DNA from: Candidatus Saccharimonadota bacterium
Lineage (GTDB): Archaea > Micrarchaeota > Micrarchaeia > Micrarchaeales > Micrarchaeaceae
Reading direction: 5' to 3'
NCBI RefSeq assembly: GCF_002214165.1
Contig: NZ_CP019964.1
Location: 920,258 to 952,257 of the forward strand
Length of the DNA: 32,000 bases
The notes below the pieces were generated by a model, which was not told the DNA's origin, did no database searches, and worked only from the letters and a program-made list of their open reading frames with translations. Positions 8,019-16,118 of this stretch are shown in pieces; the first letter of the stretch is position 1; every line of letters begins with the position of its first letter. The position numbers and the translations under genes were made by a program.

Positions 8019-9017
8019 TTATTCACTTTTACCCTGTTTATTCTTTCCTTTCTTTGTTTTATCCTTATCCGAATCCTTGCTTTCAGATTCTGCCCTAACG
8101 TCAAAATCTATCAACCCTGACAGAAGCTCCTTCGCATTAGAGAACTTAAGAGGTTTTGTGCCTTTGCTCTTTGCGTACTCTATCTGGTACCTTATGTATG
8201 TTTCATTTATCTTGGTATCTGGATTTACGGTTTTGCATTTTTCTATATAATCGGTTATTACTTTAAAGGCATCATCAACGCTGAGCCCTTTTATGTTTAC
8301 TAAATAAGGTGCGAGTATCAAGTTTACAGTCCTGTGCCTTACATCTGTTATGGGAGTTTCCAATAGTTTTTCAATCCAAGCGGTGTTATTCTTCCCTTTA
8401 ATGACAACCTTTGTCTCGTCCCTTATGCCTTTTGAATAATCCATAACTTCCTTCGGAAGCTTGACCTTTTCTTCGTAGTTGAAGCTTTCCTTTATTGTAT
8501 TGTAAGATGCCCTCTCAAGCAAGCGCTTTAGCTTGTTGAAGCTTATTATTACCAACCCATTATGAAGCTGCTGGTTAGAGAGCGCAAAAAAAGGATCATT
8601 TGGTATATTGTGCAAATATACATTGAACTTTATAAGGAAATTGTCATTCTGGTCCTTGTGCAAGGTTATTCCCAACGAAGAAGAGAGCTTGAATATATCT
8701 TGCTCGGAATCTTTTTCCATCGCCTGAAGCGCCCTTTTTGATTCCGAAACCGAGAACTTTTCAACGTAATCAGGCCTTTTTAACGCCATGACCATCATCT
8801 TCGCGTATGCGTAGCTTATGATTTCATCGAGCTTTATGGAATCTATTAGTATATCATAATAGGGCAGGTCACCTTTTATGTCTGATATTGCCCTTTCCTT
8901 GCCAAGTTCAAGATACTTGAAATCTATGGATGTCAGATTAAGCGAGCTTATTATCTGCTTTGCAATATCCGTGAACGGGTACCTATAGGCAAAATTTAGG
9001 TCTTCTGAACTGTACAT
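8019..9017 (-). CDS. Uncharacterised protein with weak resemblance to archaeal DNA primase large subunit (PriL)
   Basis: N-terminal 'YRYPFTDIAKQII...YLELGKERAI' and C-terminal 'WIEKLLETPITDVRHRTVNLILAPYLVNIKGLSVDDAFKVITDYIEKC' recall euryarchaeal PriL-like proteins from memory only. One Cys in total, and a Lys/Asp/Ser-rich tail. The coding call is solid; the product call is tentative. Confidence 0.4.
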   Translation of the reverse strand: MYSSEDLNFAYRYPFTDIAKQIISSLNLTSIDFKYLELGKERAISDIKGDLPYYDILIDSIKLDEIISYAYAKMMVMALKRPDYVEKFSVSESKRALQAMEKDSEQDIFKLSSSLGITLHKDQNDNFLIKFNVYLHNIPNDPFFALSNQQLHNGLVIISFNKLKRLLERASYNTIKESFNYEEKVKLPKEVMDYSKGIRDETKVVIKGKNNTAWIEKLLETPITDVRHRTVNLILAPYLVNIKGLSVDDAFKVITDYIEKCKTVNPDTKINETYIRYQIEYAKSKGTKPLKFSNAKELLSGLIDFDVRAESESKDSDKDKTKKGKNKQGKSE

Positions 9018-9069
9018 ACAGATATCTCTTCGCTTGATATATATAAAAGAATTATCATGGCAGATTGTT

Positions 9070-9357
9070 TTAGCTTTTTAGCTGTTGCTTTTTCAAGTTT
9101 GCCTCTGCAGTTTTCTCTTCGACAATCTTGTTGATCTTTGATCTCAAGGCCAATATCAATACACCAATTATCATGAGCAGCAGCCCAAATGCTATATCCT
9201 CCCTGAAATTGCTGGATGTTATCCTGTCTAAGTATATCAGGTATCCCGTGTAGATCATCACAATGCCTGCAGCTATCCATCCGAATCCAGCGATTAGCAC
9301 AGGATTGCTTTTTGGCTTTGGTTTAACGGATTCCATAATAAAGATAAGGCAATCCAT
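9070..9357 (-). CDS. Small membrane protein (2 TM), hypothetical
   Basis: Two hydrophobic spans ('VLIAGFGWIAAGIVMIYTGYLIY', 'IAFGLLLMIIGVLILAL') and a charged C-terminal helix. The start may be the internal Met (MESVKPK). Confidence 0.5.
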   Translation of the reverse strand: MDCLIFIMESVKPKPKSNPVLIAGFGWIAAGIVMIYTGYLIYLDRITSSNFREDIAFGLLLMIIGVLILALRSKINKIVEEKTAEANLKKQQLKS

Positions 9358-9401
9358 AAATTTATAAGTATCTTATTTTCAAATTAGTAATGCTTCTTTA
9401 A

Positions 9402-9474
9402 GGGGTTGTACGCTAACCTGGCAGACTGCTAGCTTCGGGAGCTAGTAATCCGAGTTCAAATCTCGGCAGCCCCA
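9402..9474 (+). tRNA. tRNA-Pro (anticodon CGG)
   Basis: Acceptor GGGGTTG/CAGCCCC (one G-U). Anticodon arm ctagc-TTCGGGA-gctag gives CGG. T arm ccgag-TTCAAAT-ctcgg. Discriminator A; CCA not encoded. The D stem (cgct/gact) pairs poorly, see findings. Confidence 0.75.
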
Positions 9475-9568
9475 TACCTTGATTAGGGTTATATATAAGA
9501 GGCACAAATGTCCCAATTTCCAATATAGTTTTAGCATGAAGAAGGGCTGAAGGAGAGGGATTTTCTAT

Positions 9569-9856
9569 CTAGGGAGGTATCATTATAAAGTCAATTAGAG
9601 AATCAGATCCAAAAGGCTCTAACCAAATAAATATTGAATCGATAGCCATCAAAACAATGAATATAACCGATACTGTGTAAAAGGTATTTTCAAAACTCTG
9701 ACCATTAAAGTAGTTTTGCACTCCTGCAAAGTAAGAATTAACTACCTGAAGTCCATAGCTCACCACAGTAAAGATTACAATCCCACAAAATGCAACGAGG
9801 ATATGTTTTCCTAATGTTTTGAGTTTTTCAATGTCCATTCTTTCACTTTGCTTCAA
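9569..9856 (-). CDS. Small membrane protein, hypothetical
   Basis: Two clear TM segments ('HILVAFCGIVIFTVVSYGL', 'FYTVSVIFIVLMAIDSIFIW'). TTG start at 9856 or internal ATG (MDIEKL). Confidence 0.45.
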   Translation of the reverse strand: MKQSERMDIEKLKTLGKHILVAFCGIVIFTVVSYGLQVVNSYFAGVQNYFNGQSFENTFYTVSVIFIVLMAIDSIFIWLEPFGSDSLIDFIMIPP

Positions 9857-10157
9857 TTAACTTCTTTATCGTTTTCTTCAACCCAAACAACTGCCTTTTC
9901 GATAATCCTATACATCTAGCATCTTTTGTTATCATATTCTTGACAATATCTGTTATATTTTGCTTAGTTTTTGTGATTAGTAAGTGGACTAAATGGTACA
10001 ATGTCGGTATTTTTAGTATCAAACCATTTATCGCTAGCTTATTTAAAAAATAAAAACTATTTTTATTCTGACATTAAGCATCTAAAGTCCACTTAGCTAA
10101 ATGACGGATGCTTAGTTTGTCATTTAAATATTTGGAATACAACATTTAATTGATAAA

Positions 10158-10763
10158 ATGTCATTTGTGGTTGTAGATTTCGATGGCTGCTTGGTTAACG
10201 ATGTCAGTGAATCATTTAACAAGTACCTACGGTCTTCAGATTCAAAAATAGAAAATGCTTATAAAGAGGCGATATTTACCGTAATTGACAATGTGCCATT
10301 TGCTTTCTCCCGAGCGGCAAAGAAAATAGACTTTAAGAAGATGTTGAATCAAAATGTTATAAATGGCCTCAAAGAGCTCCAGGACAAAGGGATGGAAATA
10401 ATAGTAAGGACCGCGAACACGAATCTTGGCAATGACGATATAAAAGAGATTGAAGATGAGCTTCAAAAAGATGGCCTTAAAGTCAAGATTGAAAGGGCAA
10501 AGGACAATGAAAAATGCAGGCTTGAAAACGGAGAGAAACCATCATTGATAATTGATGACAACCCTAAGGTAATACTAAATGCGGTAAAGAACGGCATAAA
10601 CTCAATAATAATATTGACCGACTACAATAAGATCGAAGCCAAGCTATTGTCAAAAATCAGCAAACATATAATAGTATCCGACCAAAACAAGCTTAAAGAT
10701 AAATTAAAGGAGTATGACAAATTTAGTAGGCCATTGCCAAGCAGAAATGTATCTCCTTCTTGA
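10158..10763 (+). CDS. HAD-superfamily hydrolase-like protein
   Basis: N-terminal 'VVVDFDGCLVND' (DxDx(T/V) motif I) and late 'LIIDDNP' (motif IV-like acidic patch). The rest is poorly conserved. Confidence 0.55.
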   Translation: MSFVVVDFDGCLVNDVSESFNKYLRSSDSKIENAYKEAIFTVIDNVPFAFSRAAKKIDFKKMLNQNVINGLKELQDKGMEIIVRTANTNLGNDDIKEIEDELQKDGLKVKIERAKDNEKCRLENGEKPSLIIDDNPKVILNAVKNGINSIIILTDYNKIEAKLLSKISKHIIVSDQNKLKDKLKEYDKFSRPLPSRNVSPS

Positions 10764-10910
10764 CCAATCCAAAATTCTAAATGGTGCTATAAGGCTAAAC
10801 AAGCCCGAAATCCTGCATCTATAAGATTTCAATAACCTACAGAATCTTCAAGTATACAAATTTCAAGTGCCAAAGCTAAAAACTTTGCAATCCTATATAT
10901 AATTGATAAA

Positions 10911-11456
10911 ATGGACAATTGGAACTCAATAGACTATGAAAGGCTGAATTCAATGTCTGCGGGCCTGCTTCCTTTAATGAGCAAAATAACTGGAATAATA
11001 AAAGGCAAGGATATATTGGATGTGGCCGCAGGGGGTGGAGTATTTGCGGCAGAATTGTCAAAGCATGCAAAAAGCGTAATTGCAGTAGACCAATCAGATT
11101 CGGCAATAGATACTATGAAAAAGGTCTTATCTGAATACAAAAACATAAAGATAATAAAATCAACTGCAGAGTCAATACCATTGCCAGAAAAGAGTGTGGG
11201 AATTGTCTTTACGGCAAACGCACTGCATGATATAGGGCTGCAATCGTTAACCAAGCTAATCGGCCTAATAAAGGATGGCGGATACTTCATAGACCTTGAT
11301 TGGGACAAGGAAGATAAGGAATTTGCATATGGGCCTCCAATAAGCATACGATTAAGTGCATCCGATGTGACTGCTAGCTTGAAAAGCAAAGGGTTAGAGT
11401 TATCGGACAGATATGATTACAGATCCCATTACCTGTTGGTCTATAAGAAGGGATGA
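10911..11456 (+). CDS. Class I SAM-dependent methyltransferase
   Basis: 'ILDVAAGGGVFAAEL' SAM motif, 'VIAVDQS', 'VFTANALHDI'; 181 aa. Confidence 0.7.
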   Translation: MDNWNSIDYERLNSMSAGLLPLMSKITGIIKGKDILDVAAGGGVFAAELSKHAKSVIAVDQSDSAIDTMKKVLSEYKNIKIIKSTAESIPLPEKSVGIVFTANALHDIGLQSLTKLIGLIKDGGYFIDLDWDKEDKEFAYGPPISIRLSASDVTASLKSKGLELSDRYDYRSHYLLVYKKG

Positions 11457-11460
11457 CGTT

Positions 11461-12384
11461 ATGAAATTAAAGAAGTTGGGAAATTCAATCACAAGCTTCT
11501 CAGAAATCGGATTAGGCACCTGGAAATTGATACCTGATTCCGTAGAAGTCCCAAAAGTTGCAGCTTACCTGTTTGAAAAAGGGGTAAACTTCATAGACAC
11601 AGCAGAGATGTACCAAAACGAATCAGAATTGGGAAGCATGCTTAAGACAATAAAGCACGAGCCTTTTATAGCAACAAAAGTTTCACCAAATCATCTCCAT
11701 TACAGTGATGTGATAAAATCCTGCAATGAGAGCCTGTCAAGGCTTGGGGTGAGTCAGATAACACTTTATCAGATACACTGGCCTAACCACCACATAAACT
11801 TAAAAGAAACCATAAGAGCAATGGAGTACTTGGTTGAACAAGGGAAAATAAAATATATCGGCGTAAGCAATTTTGATCAAAAAGAACTTGAGGAAGCAAT
11901 GTCGTATACGAAGAACAGCAAAATTGTATCGGATCAATTGGAATACAACATCGCATTTACAGAGGTAGAAGATTCCGGGTTGCTTGATTTCTGCAAAAGT
12001 AACAACGTTTCCGTAATAGCATATAGCCCTCTTGCACGCGGTCAAATAAAAAATTATACAGAGCTGTATGGAGTACTCTCTAGCATTGGTGAAAAGTACA
12101 ATTCCAATGCATTCCAAGTTGCCCTTAAATATATAATTTCCGATGAAGACGTGATTGCCATACCTAAAATATCCTCAATGCCACATGCGGAAGAGATAAT
12201 TGGATGTGAGGAATTTGAAATATCCCAAAAGGACATAAGCAGAATAAAAGAGGCAGCTAGAGATATTCGAAAGCCCTTGGCAGGAAGTTCATTAAAGAAG
12301 ATATTAAAGGCAAATGGCTCGTGGGCGAAGCTAATGGAAAAGCACGAAAGGTCAAGGATTAACAGAGGCGGCAAGCTTGATTGA
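11461..12384 (+). CDS. Aldo/keto reductase
   Basis: 'IGLGTWKL', 'GVNFIDTAEMYQNE', 'LYQIHWPN', 'IKYIGVSNF', 'VIAYSPLARG'. The ATG at 11461 (MKLKKLGNS) is preferred over the track start at 11413, which overlaps the upstream gene. Confidence 0.85.
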   Translation: MKLKKLGNSITSFSEIGLGTWKLIPDSVEVPKVAAYLFEKGVNFIDTAEMYQNESELGSMLKTIKHEPFIATKVSPNHLHYSDVIKSCNESLSRLGVSQITLYQIHWPNHHINLKETIRAMEYLVEQGKIKYIGVSNFDQKELEEAMSYTKNSKIVSDQLEYNIAFTEVEDSGLLDFCKSNNVSVIAYSPLARGQIKNYTELYGVLSSIGEKYNSNAFQVALKYIISDEDVIAIPKISSMPHAEEIIGCEEFEISQKDISRIKEAARDIRKPLAGSSLKKILKANGSWAKLMEKHERSRINRGGKLD

Positions 12385-12997
12385 CCTAAATCTGATTGTA
12401 TCATCCGAAAACCACAACCTTGTAACATATATGAGGGACAGATTTAAGGCGAACATATTTTACCAAGAATTTGTGCCTGGACATGGAGAATCAAATTCTG
12501 AGTTAAAAGCAAATTACGCAGCACTTTCATCAATAAATGCAGGCATAAAGAAAGGAAGCAAAATAATGTATGCAAGGTCATATTCTGCATTTAGCAAAAA
12601 GGGCTGGAGCAACATAAGGGAAGCGCTCAAAGGTAACGAGGTATCAATATCAACAGAATCAATAATAAGCAGTCTTAATTCAATAAAGGCCCACAGGATA
12701 TTCTTGATAAGCCTATATAATCAAAAGAGGCACGATTACGAGATAAAATGGCTTGCAGGTTTCCATTTTGATATAATAGGTTCAATAGCGCTGGGAAGGA
12801 CAGGAGGCAAAGCGATAACAAAGGTTTCAAAAGAGGACATCATGGATTCTATAAAAGTAGGTAAACAATCCGACGCCGATGCGATATACATTGCTTGCAC
12901 ATTGCTTCCAGTATTAGAACCAAAGGAGCTTGTTAGCCCTGTGCCTGTAATCACCCCTATAAATTCAATGGCCAGGGAATTAGGGATTGACCTTTGA
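12377..12997 (+). CDS. Asp/Glu racemase / maleate isomerase-superfamily-like protein
   Basis: 'LIVSSENHNL' (compare the 'PssN' N-terminal motif), 'RIFLISLYN' and 'DAIYIACTLLP' (compare the second catalytic-Cys motif). TTG start overlaps the AKR stop. Short (206 aa). Confidence 0.45.
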   Translation: MIDLNLIVSSENHNLVTYMRDRFKANIFYQEFVPGHGESNSELKANYAALSSINAGIKKGSKIMYARSYSAFSKKGWSNIREALKGNEVSISTESIISSLNSIKAHRIFLISLYNQKRHDYEIKWLAGFHFDIIGSIALGRTGGKAITKVSKEDIMDSIKVGKQSDADAIYIACTLLPVLEPKELVSPVPVITPINSMARELGIDL

Positions 12998-13768
12998 CAC
13001 CCCGTGCAAATTTAATATGCTGCTTAATATTAAATTTAAATCTCTTAGCCACAATGCATAGCTCTTGCCTTTAGGAAAATCCGTAAACCCATAGGGATGA
13101 ACAACCCTTGACAAGTTGGAATACACCGAATAAAGAGAATTTGGGTTTGCATTCGTGATGAAGCTTGCCAACTCTATTAAGGCGCTTACCTTAGGCATTG
13201 CCAGAGTAAGGTAATCTGCCTCGTTTCCACATCTGCACCTTACTTTTTTCAAACCTCCAAAGGCTTTTATTGTTATTGAATAAAAAGGAAATTCGAGGTG
13301 CTCTTTACATACAGCCTTTCCAGCTAAAAATATACTCTTCGAATCCAATTCCTTTACCCGTGGGTCTAATGTTCTTATCCTACGCATTGCCTCTGCAAAG
13401 CTGCTAATTATATAGCCTCTGTCCACCATATTATGCCAGTCCATATCCTTCAGTGCTTCATCATATTTTTTATTGGTGCCTTCAACAAATTCCGATAAGC
13501 ATCCTCTCTCTATTATGAATCTGTTATTCTCTTCCGCGGACCTGAAGTTTCCTGCCATCGCTTCATACCTTCCAGATATGATTGACCTTATTATATCGCT
13601 ATAGTAAATTAGACCTTTTAGCTGATTTAGCTTTGGCACCACAATCTCATCATAAAATGAATTTGCTTCCGAATCTGTTATATCGTACAAATTCCCTTTC
13701 TTTACCAAATCCAATGTGCCTATCCCGTTTGTCCTTGAAAGGAAAGCATTAAAACTGTCCAAAGCCAT
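12980..13768 (-). CDS. Hypothetical protein (262 aa), last gene of the ABC-ATPase cluster
   Basis: Long ATG ORF with normal composition, 11 nt downstream of the ABC ATPase stop on the same strand. Cys-containing patch 'KKVRCRCGNEADY'. No family recognised. Confidence 0.5.
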   Translation of the reverse strand: MALDSFNAFLSRTNGIGTLDLVKKGNLYDITDSEANSFYDEIVVPKLNQLKGLIYYSDIIRSIISGRYEAMAGNFRSAEENNRFIIERGCLSEFVEGTNKKYDEALKDMDWHNMVDRGYIISSFAEAMRRIRTLDPRVKELDSKSIFLAGKAVCKEHLEFPFYSITIKAFGGLKKVRCRCGNEADYLTLAMPKVSALIELASFITNANPNSLYSVYSNLSRVVHPYGFTDFPKGKSYALWLRDLNLILSSILNLHGVSKVNP

Positions 13769-13779
13769 TACGAAGACCT

Positions 13780-14682
13780 TTAGCCAAATGAAAGACTCTC
13801 TATGAGTGGCTCTATGTAATCAACACCTATAACATAACCCCCATTTTCTATAAGGTAAGCCACAGTATCATTTATGTCCTTGTAATTTTTTATCTTCACC
13901 TTTATGAAATTTGGGGATGCGTTATTAGCATTGTAGAGATTTGGTATCCCTTTCACCTTATTTGGGTCAAATCCGCTTGCCAACCTGATGTTTATTATTG
14001 TGTCCTTTAGTATTGTGCTGTAAATATTTGATGTAGTGGTCACATCGCTTACGGTGCCCGCTCTAAGTATTATCAGCTCACTGTTAAACCTGCTTATCTC
14101 ATCAAGCTTTTGCGTTACAAACAGGACTATCCTCCCATTTTTGGAGTACTCCTGCATTATATCATGCATCAATTGCGATGATCTTGAATCCAGAAAAGCG
14201 GTAGGTTCATCCAATAAAAGTATCTCCGGCTTGTTGATTAGAGCCCTGCAGAAAGCTATCTTCTGCTTAGTGCCCCTGCTCAATGTAGATACCTTTGATT
14301 TAAGATACCTAGCCGCATCGAATTCATTTAAGAACTCTGAGACATTCTCCAGTATCTCCTTATCCTTAAGGCCGTAAAGCCTGCCGAAGAACTTCAGGTT
14401 GTCAATCACTGTGAGTTCATCATAAAGGGAATAATTATCCGAAAGAATGGACATCTTGTCCCTTATTTTGTCATTTGTATAAGGATCCAATCCATTTACC
14501 CGTACATATCCCCTATCCAATTTGTAATGCCCATCTATGCATTTAAGCAAGGTGCTTTTCCCGGCGCCATTTGGGCCAAGTACTATATGCATTCCTCCTT
14601 TCAAATCAAGGCTTATGTCATGCAGCGCATGGAGATTGCCAAAATTTTTTGACAAATTGTCTATCTTTATCTCATTTTCCAT
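13780..14682 (-). CDS. ABC transporter ATP-binding protein (ABC-2/DrrA-like)
   Basis: Walker A 'GPNGAGKSTLL', Q-loop, signature 'LSRGTKQKIAF', Walker B 'ILLLDEPTAFLD', H-loop 'LFVTQKL', plus the ~80-aa C-terminal domain common in ABC-2 ATPases. Confidence 0.9.
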   Translation of the reverse strand: MENEIKIDNLSKNFGNLHALHDISLDLKGGMHIVLGPNGAGKSTLLKCIDGHYKLDRGYVRVNGLDPYTNDKIRDKMSILSDNYSLYDELTVIDNLKFFGRLYGLKDKEILENVSEFLNEFDAARYLKSKVSTLSRGTKQKIAFCRALINKPEILLLDEPTAFLDSRSSQLMHDIMQEYSKNGRIVLFVTQKLDEISRFNSELIILRAGTVSDVTTTSNIYSTILKDTIINIRLASGFDPNKVKGIPNLYNANNASPNFIKVKIKNYKDINDTVAYLIENGGYVIGVDYIEPLIESLSFG

Positions 14683-14741
14683 AATTAGAAATAGAAAAAT
14701 AAGTATAATAAATTAACTAAAAACCAAATAAAAATTAGCAA

Positions 14742-15359
14742 TTATGGCAAAATAGAGGTGCCTGGAATGCCTACAGGGCTCACTGCACCTAGGGCAAATG
14801 CCATCACCAATATAATAATTGCAAATATCACACCCAAAATTATTCCAGGCAACAGCCAGGCCAATATCGCTTTTCCTGTGCTGATCTTCTGCTGCTCCCT
14901 GAAGGATATGGTCAATACTATTATTCCCCATATACCTATTATTATACCGAACACATCTTTTAAGTAAGTCAGTGCGCCAACAGATGGCAAAAAGTAAAGG
15001 AAGGCCAATGCCAATACTGGCATTTCCGCAAACATCGTTGCGGTTGCAGTTTTTGATATATCCTCATTAAATATTCCGAAGAGCATTTTATCAAAGAATT
15101 GGTATATTGCAGCATCAATTATTATGCCTAGAGGAAGCGCAATCCACAGAGAGCCCACGATAGTTGCCAAAGCAAGTACCCCTTCGCTCGGAGACAAGAC
15201 AAATCCTATAATCCCATCTATTATTAAGGCTATTATGCCTGGCAGTACTGATGCCCTGTAATAGAAACCAATTGCCTGCCCAAGGCTCATATTTTGTGTA
15301 TTGCTGCTTGGATGCATTGCAGCATTGATCCCAGCTTTGAAATCCCCTATTAAATCCAT
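14742..15359 (-). CDS. Polytopic membrane protein (5-6 TM, Yip1-like topology), hypothetical
   Basis: Successive hydrophobic spans throughout the 205 aa; Gly/Ile-rich. Upstream of the ABC ATPase with a 59-nt gap. Does not resemble a canonical ABC-2 permease by eye. Confidence 0.55.
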   Translation of the reverse strand: MDLIGDFKAGINAAMHPSSNTQNMSLGQAIGFYYRASVLPGIIALIIDGIIGFVLSPSEGVLALATIVGSLWIALPLGIIIDAAIYQFFDKMLFGIFNEDISKTATATMFAEMPVLALAFLYFLPSVGALTYLKDVFGIIIGIWGIIVLTISFREQQKISTGKAILAWLLPGIILGVIFAIIILVMAFALGAVSPVGIPGTSILP

Positions 15360-15419
15360 AAAATCAACCTTAATGTATTGTGCCTAAAATTTTTATACTT
15401 TATGTAAAAATAAAAGGAT

Positions 15420-16016
15420 TTAAGAGTTATCTGTGCTTTTTGCTTTATCATAAGCATTTTTGATCAATGCATACTCATCTTTGCTAAGAACCTCATTCTT
15501 AAAATAAGGGTTGGTTATTGAAAATTCTGCTATCTCCTGCCTTTTCGGAGAATTAAGAAGAGTGTTATAAATTATATCTGATGGATTGCTATCGGTTATA
15601 GAAAGGCTTGCATCCAATATCCAGTCATCCATCTCTTTTTTATAATCCTCCAAAACCGCTATGCTGTCAACCGCCAAGATAAACTTCTTCAACCCCTCAA
15701 CCCTGCTTAACAGGTTAGGGTCATTTATGTTGTCAGCGTCCTTCAGATAGCTGTCATACATCTCGTGTATCTTGCTGCGTTCCTCAATCAAATGGCTTAT
15801 CATGAAGGTGTACTTCTCGTTTTCGTTTGATTTATCCGGATCTGTAACCAACGCTCCTTTGAAGTCAACCCTGCCTGCCTTTATCTCATCGTATAGCAAG
15901 CTTATCTCCCTATTGGCAAATTCATATTTTAGCTTGGTTAAAAGATCCTGTGCCATTATCCATGCAGGCATGTTCTCATTCTCATCCATACAAATCACAA
16001 AATATACATAATTCAA
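15420..16016 (-). CDS. Hypothetical soluble acidic protein (~190 aa)
   Basis: Long ORF with normal composition and no motifs recognised. The likely true start is the internal Met (MDENENMPAW, ~15989). Confidence 0.45.
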   Translation of the reverse strand: MNYVYFVICMDENENMPAWIMAQDLLTKLKYEFANREISLLYDEIKAGRVDFKGALVTDPDKSNENEKYTFMISHLIEERSKIHEMYDSYLKDADNINDPNLLSRVEGLKKFILAVDSIAVLEDYKKEMDDWILDASLSITDSNPSDIIYNTLLNSPKRQEIAEFSITNPYFKNEVLSKDEYALIKNAYDKAKSTDNS

Positions 16017-16118
16017 AATTAACCTTATAAAAATAGTATTGAAAATAAAAGTATAATACGATAAAATTTATGCAGATAAACTTAAATAAAATAAATTCAA
16101 ATATTAACTTGTGGTAAA

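Noticed and set aside
8996-9280. 94-aa minus-strand ORF overlapping both the PriL-like gene start and the small membrane protein gene.
   Set aside because: It overlaps the better-supported 9070-9357 membrane ORF in another frame. It is Cys/His/Gln-rich with odd composition and has no SD or promoter context.
9878-9940. 20-codon minus-strand ORF (MYRIIEKAVVWVEENDKEVN) ending one base out of frame with the TTG start of the 9569-9856 gene. It was considered as evidence of a frameshifted longer gene.
   Set aside because: It is too short and has no motif. The overlap is explained equally well by chance, so a pseudogene or programmed frameshift cannot be supported.
10144-10160. Identical 14-nt 'taattgataaaatg' immediately preceding and including the start codons of both the HAD-like gene (10158) and the methyltransferase gene (10911).
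   Set aside because: It is an AT-rich 14-mer in an AT-rich genome, so a chance match is plausible, and no extended similarity exists on either side. It would be worth a genome-wide count, but it is not supportable as a regulatory motif from this window alone.
11413-11460. N-terminal extension of the aldo/keto reductase (track start at 11413), which overlaps the methyltransferase gene by 44 nt.
   Set aside because: The family N-terminus begins at 'MKLKKLG...'. The extension has no homology-like features and requires a long overlap, so ATG 11461 is preferred.
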